A stretch of DNA of 64,000 bases, filler included, from Octopus bimaculoides (Eukaryota), in assembly GCF_001194135.2 (NCBI RefSeq). It is 8 parts of 8 records of this genome, joined end to end, with 100 filler letters (N's around TTAATTAATTAA, not from the genome) between each part and the next. Parts side by side here need not be neighbours in the genome. Positions count along the whole stretch, not along the records: positions 1 to 9,944 come from NC_068996.1; positions 10,045 to 17,668 come from NC_069002.1; 6 more parts are not named here. The stretch is one strand, 5' to 3'. Shown here piece by piece: positions 1 through 11,559 of the stretch. The position numbers were made by a program, and so were the translations under genes. The notes beneath the pieces are model-generated. The model made no database searches. It was given only the letters and a program-made list of their open reading frames with translations, and had not been told where the DNA came from. Numbering within the stretch: the stretch's first letter is position 1; the number at the start of each line of letters is the position of its first letter.

Positions 1-312
1 CCAACATTCCAACCTGGAGACAGTCTCTTTCTTGCTGGCCAGCAATAGAGCATGGACGTGTTTAGCTGTCACTCTCCATCTTTCGGACTTACACTCGACA
101 GCTCGCTTACATCTACATACCAACGTCCTAACAACTATGCTCACACACACGGAAGCTGTAACAACAAACAAGAGCTAAAGATGTATATATTTACCACCTG
201 AATAAATGTTGTTTAAGTTGATAGTCTGGAGTTCAGCGTTCCGTTATATTCGTAATTTTATATAGGAAAGTCAGGTATACATCTAATGATGTATAACCAA
301 CTTTCCTATACA
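1..312 (+). mobile_element. Probable 3' part of an LTR (start lies outside the window)
   Basis: AATAAA near 200 and terminus ...CTTTCCTATACA at 312, after which a different repeat (also seen at ~63340) begins. Confidence 0.4.
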
Positions 313-390
313 TACAATGAGTTTCTCTGCCCTAGATGTACGGAAAACACTCGACGAGAAATGGAAGAATATAGCTCGAGAAGGAACAAA
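311..390 (+). repeat. Fragment of R4/Dong-type LINE 3' UTR
   Basis: catacaatgagtttctctgccctagatgtacggaaaacactc closely matches ~63339-63390, which is the 3' UTR of the Dong-type fragment at 62935-63480. Confidence 0.5.
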
Positions 391-744
391 CAATAGCAAC
401 AATCAGAGGCATCGCATGCCCTGGTAGTAACAGAACATTGATAAAAGAAGAAAAAAACGTCGGGCAGATGATTTGCAATGGGAAATGAAATGGTTGTGGT
501 CATTGAAGAAGATGAGTATTATACCTGTTGTTCTTGTTGGAGCCTTGGGTACTGTAAGTACCAAACACACACATTTGCGTAGTCTAAGTACCAAGCCTTT
601 CTTCTTGTCAACCTTCACATATTTTCCATGTGAAAATTTGTAAACAGAGAACACCGCTTATATGGCGGTGACACTCACTTACAATTATCTCGTGATGTCA
701 AAGGAAAGAAATAAAAACTCACACACACACACACACACACACAC

Positions 745-865
745 ACAGTGAGCCTCCACATAGCTTTTGTCCACCAAATCTTCTCACAAACCATTGGTCG
801 GTCTAGGGCTATAGTAGATGACGCAAAGAGACTGAACCCAAAATCATGCAGTTGGAAAGCGTATT
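745..865 (-). mobile_element. SINE family A fragment (tRNA-derived)
   Basis: Degenerate reverse-complement match to the full copy at 55547-55955. Confidence 0.6.
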
Positions 866-1169
866 AACCACGAGAGCTCAATGAAGACAAAGACCTGCAA
901 AGGACAAAATAAAAACAACACAGTGCGTAGTTTGTGTATGACACGTAAACAAAATAGCAAAAACAGTAACAACAAAGATCAAGCAAATTACATTCCCCAA
1001 TAGAAAGAGTTGTTGCTAAGATCCAATCAAAGAAACCCCATAAAATCTCGATAACGCTGACCATTAAGAGCAAGCACCCACTACCGTATTTCGTTTCCCG
1101 GCTCACAAGCAGGTGCTCAGATAATGCCCGTTCAAACGTCTGTAAAATATTCACTATTCTTACCCAAAC

Positions 1170-1420
1170 CATTAATAATGCTTTCTAATTTTGGCACAAG
1201 GCCAGTAGTTTTGAGAGGAGGACCTAAATCAATGATATCAAGTTCATCATTTGACTGGTATTTTATTTTATCGACCCTGAAAGGATGAACGCAAAGCTGA
1301 ACTTGGCGGAATTTGAACTCAGATTTAAAGAACTAGAAGAAATGCCGCTAAGCGTTTTGTCTGACGATCCTGACAGCTCTTCAAACCGTTAATGATAAAA
1401 AGAATAATATTGTTATACTT
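1170..1420 (-). mobile_element. SINE family B copy
   Basis: Contains tcgaccctgaaaggatgaacgcaaagctgaacttggcggaatttgaactcag, the reverse complement of the family B core seen many times in the window. Confidence 0.75.
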
Positions 1421-2237
1421 GGTGATGGTCATATTTTGCCAATTAAACACACGCATAATATGACCATCTCCAAATAAAGCAATATCTGTTTCAACACACG
1501 ATTTCACATCAAGAATCTTGCAAAACATATACGTAAACTATAAAATGGCTGATAGTTAGCAAGGTGAAACACACTTAAGAAAGAAGAAAGCAAAGGACCA
1601 CTGATGAGGTCACAGAAGTGTGACGAAAGAACTCTGGCCGAAATAGGATTAATGTAATGTAATGTAATATAAAGCTGAAACAAATTAACACCAAATATAC
1701 AGTGCGTGTGTTTTTATTGGCTAAACTGGCAATATGACCGTCCCCAACTGTTTCAACACACGATTTCACATCAAAAATCTTGCAAAACAAATATATAAAC
1801 GGAATAAAAATTAATATATATAAAAGGATAAAAATTAAACTCTTTGCTTCTGTTTTAAATAGAAACGAAAACATTTTCTAAGCTATCTAGCATCAAATCC
1901 TCTACATCAAAAAGAAAAAAAAACTGTCGAAAATATCACGAAGTATAAAGACACTCAGTTCGAAGGGATAGTCAACTGATGTAGCGGCTGAATGTCACGT
2001 GTTGTTGACCTCGCCAGAATATAAACCTAGGTACAACGTAGTTAGTTGGTCAGCGTGTCAAAATGGAAAAATAAGTAAGCATTCAGATAAGTTGCTCAAG
2101 TCAAAGAGGCAATTATAGTCCGGAACTTCCGAGTGCTTACCGACCGGACGATGAAATCAAGTGGGGGCCGGACATAATTGTAAAACAATTAGGACGAGAC
2201 ATGTCAACTTATAGATAAGATCAATCCCTCGAACAGC

Positions 2238-2284
<47 letters not shown>

Positions 2285-2537
2285 CTTCATTTATTTGCCA
2301 CTAGGGCGAAGGATGAGGAGGACAATACGAAGATAGACACAAAGTGTTGGGGTTTACATATAATGAAATGATAGAATAAGTAAATAACAATTGTAAAAGG
2401 AGCAAGCATACATAGTATACAGTGAAAAGGAAAGGAAATATACATAGTATACAAAGATAAAGAATGTTGGCGTGATAGTGAAGTAGTCCTCCTGATTCAG
2501 GAGGACTTTTGGGTTAAGCGAAGAACCCCACCGTACT
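2238..2537 (-). mobile_element. LINE 3' UTR with AATAAA and (ATT)n tail, possibly Tx1-like
   Basis: Minus strand ends ...gtggcaaataaatgaagtc(att)n. The link to the ORF2 fragment at 3790-3995 is inferred. Confidence 0.4.
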
Positions 2538-3384
2538 TGTAGGCGCAGTTACCTCCGTTGACAGCGGGTTTAGAACAAGCTCGCTAGATGGCATTAAAGT
2601 GTGAGATCGAGACGCGCGACTGAAAAGGTAACCTAATTGGTTCTCTGACACATGCGCAAGCTAGTAGATAGGAGGTAACGCACAAAGAATATCATGGCCT
2701 CCACGTATCAAACCATTTTCATTTATCATCCAGCTTGTATATACACACATGCACCTCATTCTAGGATTTTAGTTGCTTTCTCATTGTTCCTGCATGATAG
2801 CACCTCCAGCCTCTGCAAGCGACCCACCGCTCTTGCAGGCTTATAACACTAGCCTCTGCAAGCGACCCACCGCTCTTGCAGGCTTATAACACTAGCCTCT
2901 GCAAGCGACCCACCGCTCTTGCAGGCTTACAACACTAGCCTCTGCAAGTGACCCACCGCTCTTGCAGACTAACAACACTTTTCCACTACAAGCGACTCAC
3001 TGCCCTTGCAGGAAAAGTCTTAGCACTGCTCATGTCTCAGCAACCAACATTGCATCTCAAGCACTTTGACTTTTACATCCTGTGATTTCCAGTTTCCTGG
3101 ACAGTTGTTATCACGTTTGCATGTAAGACGTTATGTGTCTCAGACTATTTACATGTCTTAACTTTGCTTCGCCAGTGACCGTTCAGAATAGATTCATGTT
3201 GTTATAGACATCACATTCATATTTTCTCTCTTTCTGTATCATTGTACATATATGCTTTGTTCTATTTGACTGGACGCCTTTCTTTGCTGAACGTTTTCCT
3301 TGTACATACTTTCATTATATTTTTTTCCAATTTCAATTGTTCATACAGCTGTTTTGTGTCCTCCTAGTGCACACTCCGCCTACA
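2538..3384 (+). mobile_element. Solo LTR-like element, 847 bp
   Basis: Starts TGTAGGCGCAGT and ends ACTCCGCCTACA (11/12 inverted match, TG...CA). Flanks gtact/ctact (4/5) resemble a TSD. No coding capacity. Confidence 0.6.
2808..3013. repeat. 43-bp tandem repeat, 4 units plus 1 degenerate, each unit palindromic
   Basis: Unit agcctctgcaagcgacccaccgctcttgcaggcttataacact starts at 2808, 2851, 2894 and 2937. Confidence 0.92.
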
Positions 3385-3417
3385 CTACTTTTAATTCCGG
3401 TCTAAGAGGGGGTTCTC

Positions 3418-3663
3418 TGTAGGCGCAGTTACCTCTCTTAGCAACGGGTTTAAAACAAGCTCGCTAGATGGCGTTAGAGTGAGATTCTGACACGAGGCCT
3501 TAGGACTTTCTCTTTCTGCATCTTGACGCGAGACTGTGAAGCTGTAACCTAACTGGCTCTCTGACACATACGCCAGCTAGCAGATAGATGGTAACGCACA
3601 GTAGAAGACTATGGCCTCCACGCATCAAACCATTTTCATTTATCATCCAGCTTGTATATATAC
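3418..3663 (+). mobile_element. Second, diverged partial copy of the LTR 5' end
   Basis: Starts TGTAGGCGCAGTTACC and aligns with 2538-2745, with substitutions and an ~40-bp insertion. Confidence 0.55.
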
Positions 3664-3789
3664 GTGTGGCCAAATTAAATGTATACATAGTCACAGCCTT
3701 GTTTTATGTATTCTTTATACCAGTTTCCTGTCAAATGATATTACAGCCTTCTGAGTAGAGTCACATTAGATGAATCCACAACCTATCCA

Positions 3790-3995
3790 GCTATTCTCCC
3801 ACCTTTCAATAAACTTACTCAAGGACAGCACTTCCCTTTCCACCCTCAATTTCCTTTCCAAGTGAAACTTGAAAAAGTCTATGATGCCTCTACCAAAGAG
3901 GAATGTATCTGTTCTCATGCTTTTCAGCTTCGTCCACCACACGACCTCTTTCGCCAAAGTCACCGGGCAAAAGAAAACTGCCTTGCATGCCCGAT
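3790..3995 (-). mobile_element. L1/Tx1-like ORF2 C-terminal fragment
   Basis: Translation ...VTLAKEVVWWTKLKSMRTDTFLFGRGIIDFFKFHLERKLRVEREVLSLSKFIERW resembles Tx1-type C-termini (recognition from memory, no search run). Confidence 0.5.
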
Positions 3996-4531
3996 NNNNN
4001 NNNNNNNNNNNNNNNNNNNNNNNNNNNNNNNNNNNNNNNNNNNNNNNNNNNNNNNNNNNNNNNNNNNNNNNNNNNNNNNNNNNNNNNNNNNNNNNNNNNN
4101 NNNNNNNNNNNNNNNNNNGCAAAATGCTTTGTGATATTTCGTCCGTCTTTATGTTCTGAGTTCAAATTCTGCTGAGATCGACTTTACCTTTCATTCTTTT
4201 GGGGTCGATGGAATAAGCATCAGTTATGCACTGGGGTCAAAATAATCGATTAGCCTCCACCCCAAAATTTCAGGCCTTGTGCTTTTACTAGAAAGGATTA
4301 TTAATTCAAGACCAATATGGAAACTGCTGGGTGCGGAGAATTAAAGTTTCTATTAATTGTTCACGAGTGTTGTGCATCAATTACACGCGCTCCATCAAAC
4401 GGCTTACAACAATCCTTTCAGACTCGATAAAAAAAAAATGCTTAGAGCAGTTAGTCTTTCTCGAATTAAACCTGGAATGTTTAAGTTTGAAAGTCAAAAT
4501 TGCCGGCGAACGATATTACTATATTTGCTAA

Positions 4532-5412
4532 CTAGCTGACGTACCCGGTAATTCCCGGGAAAGCGGGGCTTATCCCTTGGTTCCGTTCCCGTAATTGTTT
4601 TACTAATCCAATAACGACAATACAAAGTATCCAGCCCTTAAAACGGTTTTTGTGCATTTACAGAGAATAAGAAACTATCTTACACAGGATCTTGTTTTAA
4701 TGAATTCCCAATAAATTATGAATACCCAAATTGTGAAGTGAGTTATGTAATAACATGGAATTAGTTACCTGATAGTAAGAATTCACATAAAGTAGCCCTG
4801 AAAAGGGCTTTAATGCGTTCCCAAGGTATATAGAACTTAGGAGGAAATACTAAAATCGTGAAGCATGCTACGTAAAAACAGGTTAATCAGATATGAGATA
4901 ATAACAATTCAAAGTAAATAACACTGAAAGGGGCTTTTGTGCGTTCCCAGAGAATATTACCCTCAGCGGAGCTAGTGTTGGTATATTCGTGAATAAGTCA
5001 CTAACCGAAATAAGTGGATCTATTGTTTAGGAAAATACTATTTAACTAGTTTAAGGGTTGTACTGGATAAATTGCGAAAATACTAAGATATAAGCATACT
5101 CAATTTGATTTATACCAAATAATTTAGGAAAATGAATGGGTTATTTCCCTTGGCTATATATAGGGATCCCTTCTAGGGGCAAATGGGTTATTTCCCTTGG
5201 CTGCTAAAAGAAATTATATTAGGTATATATATAAGGATCCCTTCCAGGGACCCTATTATCGATTTTTTTCAACAACTGAGTATGCCATGAGGTTTCCAGA
5301 GATGAGTTCTCACGTCTCAAGTTTCATCAAAATCGATAAAACGATATAGAAGGAGTTATCTAATAACTCCACAAACACACCCACAGACAGAATTTCCCAC
5401 ATATGCAGTAGA
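4532..5412 (-). mobile_element. Non-autonomous Helitron, 881 bp
   Basis: Minus strand reads A|TCTACTG...CCCGGGAATTACCGGGTACGTCAGCTAG|T. This gives a 5' TC, a subterminal GC hairpin (4544-4559), a 3' CTAG, insertion between A and T with no TSD, and internal short duplications. Confidence 0.8.
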
Positions 5413-5599
5413 TTGCCACTAGACTCATGCTTAGTAAGGTATTCCGCATCGCCAATCTTCCTCTCCACGATGTTGTAATCGGAGTCTATGCCGAACGTTA
5501 ATCTGAAATCTTTTGGCGTTCATCCTTTGGCAATTTCATTATTTCTTAATTCACCTTGATATCATGCATACAACAAATTGTACATAATGTATATTCTTT

Positions 5600-6200
5600 C
5601 TACTATAGACATATGACCTGAAATGTTATGAGAGGAGGTTGGTCAATTACATCAAACAGCCCCGGTGTTCAAGTGATGCTTATTATATCAACCCCCGTGG
5701 AGGCGCAATGGCCCAGTGGTTAGGGCAGCGGACTCGTGGTCATAGGATCGCGGTTTCGATTTCCAGACTGGGCGTTGTGAGTGTTTATTGAACAAAAACA
5801 CCTAAAGCTCCACGAGGCTCCGGCAGGGGATGGTGGCGAACCTTGCTGTACTCTTTCACCACAACTTTCTCTCGCTCTTACTTCCTGTTTCAATTGTGCC
5901 TGTAATTGAAAGGGTCAGCCTTGTCACACTATGTCACGCTGAATATCCCCGAGAAGTACGTTAAGGGTACACTTGTCTGTGGAGTGCTCAGCCACTTGCA
6001 CGTTAATTTCACGAGCAAGCTGTTCCGTTGATCGGATCAACTGGAACCCTCGACGTCGTAAGCGACGGAGTGCCAACAACAATATCAACCCCCAAAAGAT
6101 GAAAGACAAAGTCGACCTTGACGGAATTTGAACTCAGGACGTAAAGAGCCAGAAAAAATGCATAAGCAGTTTGTCCACTTACTAACGATTTCGCTTGCTC
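5600..6200 (-). mobile_element. SINE family B copy split by the family C insertion
   Basis: Family B 3' half lies at 5600-5696 and continues at 6082-6200 (aaagatgaaagacaaagtcgaccttgacggaatttgaactcag). Confidence 0.7.
5697..6081 (+). mobile_element. SINE family C, full length, tRNA-derived
   Basis: A-box TGGCCCAGTGG, B-box-like GGTTTCGATTTCC, (CAA) tail, and 12-bp TSD ATATCAACCCCC (5685-5696 / 6082-6093). Second copy at 57873-58230. Confidence 0.88.
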
Positions 6201-6589
6201 ACCACCTTACATTGGTACATAATGTTATATAAGATATAGTTACTGTTATTAATAAACATCGTTGAAAATACATTTTCTTTCCCACTTGCTATTACTACTG
6301 TGTTTATCATAAAGCAACTACATATTAATCCAGGGCGTTGGGTTGGCAGAGCTGTGAGGACATCAGATCAGAAGCCTTATGATATTTCTTCCGACTTTTA
6401 AGTTTTTAAATTCAAATCCTGTCATAGCCTTCTTGGATGGTAGACATAATCCGTAACCCGGTTTAACACTATCATCAGGTATCTTCGGGAGAGACCGCCC
6501 TGTTGCAAACATTTGCGCTAAGTTTCCGTTTTGAAGGCACCTTCTTCCCTTCTCTTCCTCCTACCATTCTTGGAGTTCTTGTAAAAGGA

Positions 6590-6955
6590 TCATGAACACT
6601 ACTTTCCATCTTGACTAAAACGTTAAAAAATTAGAGCCCGTTTCCTCTCCATTCTGCACCAAATGTTTCTGAAATAGTCTTCTGTTGCTCTAAGACTTGT
6701 TGTGTGAAGAATGGTGAATTTCAATAAGACGTTGGAGACACATTTCACACGTTTTGCTTTGTCCTCCTTGCCACTTCTTATACTGAAACTTGGTGCACAC
6801 GAAATGCTAGTGAGTATCTTTTTCGGTCAGTTCATCAACAGTTACAATGGGATTTTGTTCCACCAGGTTTTGCAAGACGTCTTCGTCGAGTTCTACAGGT
6901 CTTCCAGGACGAGGCTCGTCTTCTAGGCTGTATTTTCCGGCTCGGAATTATAATC
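6590..6955 (-). mobile_element. Degraded mariner transposase fragment
   Basis: Reads ...AGKYSLEDEPRPGRPVELDEDVLQNLVEQNPIVTVDEL..., paralogous to 7498-7809, with multiple stops. Confidence 0.6.
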
Positions 6956-7077
6956 TAGATAGAAACGTTACGACGGGTCATAGAATACAGTAATCATCCA
7001 ACGTCTGGGTGTTTCTGTGCTATGATAAATTATGGATTTGATCATCACTAATACCCTTTCGTTTACTATTTTATCTA

Positions 7078-7985
7078 TTGGGTCATCCCATAAATAATGC
7101 AAGTTTTTTTATACTTCATATATTTAAAAAAATTACGATAAGGTTCTTTTTTAATCTAAAATATACTCTCCTTCATTTTCTACAATGTTCTTCTACCTAT
7201 CTGGTAGACTTGCAAGACCCTTCTTCCAAAGTTCACTTGTCTGTGAGGAAAAATACTCCTCCAGTACTGTTCTAACCTCGTCTGCAGAATTCATATTTTT
7301 TCTGTCCAAATGATTTTGAAAACTGCGGAATAAATGACAATCAGATGGGGCAATGTCCGGCGAATATGGTGGGTGAGACATTGCTTCCCATTAAAACTGC
7401 TCCAGCCTTTGGAATGTCATTCATGCTGTATGAGGTCAAGCATTATCCTAATGAAAGAACACCTTTTGTCTTGAAACTAAAGATGGTCGTTTTCCTTCTA
7501 GCGCTGACTTGAATGACTGGTTGAATGACCAAATCCAAGCTTCTCTGCAAGTTCTTCAACAGTTACGTTGGGATTTTGTTTCACCAGAGTTTGCAGGACG
7601 TCCTCATCGAGATCTACAAGTCTTCCAGGACGAGGCTTATCTTCTAGGCTGTAATTTCCGGCTCGGAATGTCTGGAACCACCGTTGAGACTGGCTTACGC
7701 TTATTGTCCAATCCCCATATACTGCATTAATATTTCTCGCACTTTCCGTTACGTTGTTGACTTTATTGAACTCATAAAGCAAAATAAGCCGAATATGCTC
7801 CTTTGTCACTTACAATATAACTGTTAAAGTCTAACTGCACTCTTCGAAACTTGCACTTAGAATAAGGACAAAGTAAAATTACTACCTGTTTTTATAGTAA
7901 GTTGATGTAGGTAGCTTATCCTGTTCCCCTTCGACTTTTAGTACATGCAATTGAAAAAAAACGCATTATTTATGGGATGACCCAA
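7078..7985 (-). mobile_element. Internally deleted mariner element
   Basis: Perfect 23-bp TIRs TTGGGTCATCCCATAAATAATGC and TA TSD. Encodes an N-terminal HTH (HIRLILLYEF...RWFQTFRAGNYSLEDKPRPGR), a degenerate FHxDNAxPH and HPPYSPDIAPSD. The region with the first catalytic D is missing. Confidence 0.93.
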
Positions 7986-9452
7986 TATGTCGACCATATC
8001 TTTTCATCTTCATATAACATGTCATCTTTATCGATTATTTTCCGTATTTATCTTATGCTTATTTTATCCTGATGGGCATTTTACTCATTCTCACCACTGA
8101 TGAACTTCCTGTCGATTTGTAAAATGGGATCATCTTTTGTTTTATGCCCACTTTGCATTCTCCCCAAGAAACTTTGCGTCTTTAGTTTTTCTTTATTTTT
8201 CTCCGCACCTGTCCAACACCCTTGTCATATCACCATTTACTTCTCATCGTACTAAGCGGTATGGTTACTAAAGGAAAGGAGCCTAAGGTATCATCCGCTT
8301 CTGGGACCGAGAACAGGGCGATCTGCTCCGCTATTTCCGAGTTTCTTCTGATACTGTTATTGTTGTATTTCCCTCAGGAGACTCGCAGAGATAACACAAC
8401 GAGTTGTACAATTTAATTATTACATTTATTATTCAATTACATACAAAGAACGCACTCACCCAATGTTCGTTATGAATAAACAAGAATCATGTCCGCCATA
8501 TATATCAATGACATTTTACTACGACAGTCACACAAGACAACAACAATGAAACAATGAACTCAGACGAACCACAGTGACACACGGAACGTCAGACGAATAA
8601 CATATCCAACAGTCCATATAACACCTTCCCACTGAAATTGATGCTACACNNNNNNNNNNNNNNNNNNNNNNNNNNNNNNNNNNNNNNNNNNNNNNNNNNN
8701 NNNNNNNNNNNNNNNNNNNNNNNNNNNNNNNNNNNNNNNNNNNNNNNNNNNNNNNNNNNNNNNNNNNNNNNNNNNNNNNNNNNNNNNNNNNNNNNNNNNN
8801 NNNNNNNNNNNNNNNNNNNNNNNNNNNNNNNNNNNNNNNNNNNNNNNNNNNNNNNNNNNNNNNNNNNNNNNNNNNNNNNNNNNNNNNNNNNNNNNNNNNN
8901 NNNNNNNNNNNNNNNNNNNNNNNNNNNNNNNNNNNNNNNNNNNNNNNNNNNNNNNNNNNNNNNNNNNNNNNNNNNNNNNNNNNNNNNNNNNNNNNNNNNN
9001 NNNNNNNNNNNNNNNNNNNNNNNNNNNNNNNNNNNNNNNNNNNNNNNNNNNNNNNNNNNNNNNNNNNNNNNNNNNNNNNNNNNNNNNNNNNNNNNNNNNN
9101 NNNNNNNNNNNNNNNNNNNNNNNNNNNNNNNNNNNNNNNNNNNNNNNNNNNNNNNNNNNNNNNNNNNNNNNNNNNNNNNNNNNNNNNNNNNNNNNNNNNN
9201 NNNNNNNNNNNNNNNNNNNNNNNNNNNNNNNNNNNNNNNNNNNNNNNNNNNNNNNNNNNNNNNNNNNNNNNNNNNNNNNNNNNNNNNNNNNNNNNNNNNN
9301 NNNNNNNNNNNNNNNNNNNNNNNNNNNNNNNNNNNNNNNNNNNNNNNNNNNNNNNNNNNNNNNNNNNNNNNNNNNNNNNNNNNNNNNNNNNNNNNNNNNN
9401 NNNNNNNNNNNNNNNNNNNNNNNNNNNNNNNNNNNNNNNNNNNNNNNNNNNN

Positions 9453-9944
9453 GTAGATATCACTGGATCTTTCCCTGACTCTTGACGGAGGACGTTAGCA
9501 TCCACAGGTTGGACTTGAATACTAAGAGCTTTGATGGCACACACCATGTCTATGTCTTCACCATTTTCCTTTCTGTCAAAGTCGTTGTCATCACCGAATG
9601 GAAAGCGACTGAGGGCATCAGCATTACCATGATCTGCTGATTTTCGATATTCAATGGTGTAGTCAAACTGGTTCAGCCACAGGGCCCATCGTGCTAGTCT
9701 GTTAGCAGCGAGAAGTGGCGTCCCTTTCCTCGGACTGAACAGTGATGTCAGTGGTTTGTGGTCAGTCACGAGTACGAATTTACGACCGTACAAATACTGG
9801 TAAAATTTCTGCAAGCCAAATATGATAGCTAGGGCTTCCTTTTTAATTTGACTGTAGTTACGCTGTGCAGAAGTGAGAGTCTTGGACATATTGGATATTG
9901 GGCGCTCGCTTCCATCAGGATAGCGGTGAAACAGGACTGCTCCA
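9453..9944 (-). mobile_element. Gypsy LTR-retrotransposon pol fragment (RNase H region)
   Basis: [46 protein letters not shown]...RLARWAL...YTIEYRK...NADALSR. Bounded by N gaps. Confidence 0.92.
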
Positions 9945-10044
9945 NNNNNNNNNNNNNNNNNNNNNNNNNNNNNNNNNNNNNNNNNNNNTTAATTAATTAA
10001 NNNNNNNNNNNNNNNNNNNNNNNNNNNNNNNNNNNNNNNNNNNN
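9945..10044. other. Artificial scaffold spacer (44 N + TTAATTAATTAA + 44 N)
   Basis: Linker at 9989-10000 has stops in all six frames. The identical structure occurs seven times. Confidence 0.97.
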
Positions 10045-10164
10045 GACCAAGGTAGTAAAATCTATTTATTAAAGGTAATGTGAGGAGGCGCAATTAGTCT
10101 TGAGGGGGTACAAGAAATCATGTTAGCATTTTTTAACTTCTTCATTATAGTTATTATTATTTAA

Positions 10165-10975
10165 AGGCGGCGAACTGGCAGTAACGGGCGAAATGCTCTG
10201 CGGTATTTCGTCTGTCTTTACGTTTTGAGTTCAAATTCTGCTGAGGTCGACTTTGCTTTCATCCTTTCGGGGTCGATAAATTAAGTACCAGTTGCGTACT
10301 GGAGTCGATCTAATCGACTGGCCCTCTCACCCAAAATTTCGGGCCTTGTGCCTAGAGTAGAAAAGATTATTGTTATTATTATTTGAAGACGGCGAACTGG
10401 CAGAAACGGTAGCACGACAGGCGAAATGCTGAGCGGTATTTCGTCTTCCGCCACGTTCTGAATTCAAATTCCGCCAAGGTCGACTTTGCCTTTCATCTTA
10501 TTGGGGTCGCTTAAGTATGTACCAGTAACGCACTGAGGTCGATGTAATCGACTTAATCTCTACCCCAAAATTTGAGGCCTTGTGCTTCTAGTAGAAAGAA
10601 TTATTAAAGCGGCGAGCAAGGCGATGAGTTGGTAGAATCGTTAGCACGCCGAGCAAAATGCTTACAAGTATTTTGTCTGTCTTTATGTTCTGAGTTCAAA
10701 TTCCGTCGAGGTCAACTTTGCCTTTCATTTTATCGGGGTCGAATAAATCAGTACAAGTTACGCACTGGGATCGATATCATCGACTTACCCTCTCTCCTCA
10801 AATTGCATGCCTTGTGCTAAAACATTAATAATAAAATTCCACCGAGGTCATCAACTTTGCCTTTCATCCTTTCGGAGTCGATAAAACAGGTACCAGTCGT
10901 ACACTGGGCTCTATGTAATCGACTACCCCCCTTCCCCAAATGTCAGGCTCTGCACCTATAGTAGAAAGAATATTA
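10165..10975 (+). mobile_element. Head-to-tail cluster of about four SINE family B copies
   Basis: Repeated ggcggcgaactggcag...ttcaaattc...gtcgactttgcctttcatcctttcggggtcga...gtagaaaga units separated by (ATT)-rich tails. Confidence 0.85.
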
Positions 10976-11559
10976 ATAATAATAAATGTTTTTGCTATCT
11001 GCTTCGAAGTAGTCCCTAATTTAGTTTTGCCTCGCTAGATTCTTTACATATTAGAAAAATCGTACTTACCCGTACATAAAAAGTAGAAAAGAAAAACAAA
11101 TTTAGTACGTCTCACTATGCATTGAGTTGAAGTAAATTTAAAGTAGTTTTTGAGAGGAAAACATTTGATTTTGTGCATGTAAATACAATATATACTGGAA
11201 TCAAGCACGAAATCATATACGGTAACATTATACTTGTCTTGAAAGGAAAATAAATTAAATTTACTGTGTCTGAAAAGAAACAGCACAGCGAATACTGTTA
11301 CAAGAAGATAAAGCAAATCTATCGTTAAAAAGCTGGCACAAAGCAAGCAGAAAAGTACAATAAATGTGTATGAGTTTCTTTAGATCTACTACATTCAGAC
11401 AAAGCAAATATTTCATTAATATAAGTACGCAGCAAGAAACAGGAAGGAGAAAAAAAAAATGAATGCGTTCTAATAGAAACTGGTGTTTGAGGCTACGTAA
11501 CGTATAGCAGTGTGTAATAAATGTCAAAATATGCATTGTGAAGATTTATATAATCGTCG

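Noticed and set aside
2808-3013. CRISPR-like appearance of palindromic repeats
   Set aside because: The linkers are ~9 nt and invariant rather than unique spacers, there are no cas genes, and the context is eukaryotic.
5697-5775. tRNA genes at SINE heads (also 55547 and 57873)
   Set aside because: A/B boxes are present, but there is no complete cloverleaf or acceptor stem, and each continues into a repeated body with a tail or TSD.
8404-8526. TG...CA segment with AATAAA (minus) as LTR of the Gypsy fragment
   Set aside because: No polypurine tract, PBS or second copy is visible, and an 800-N gap separates it from pol.
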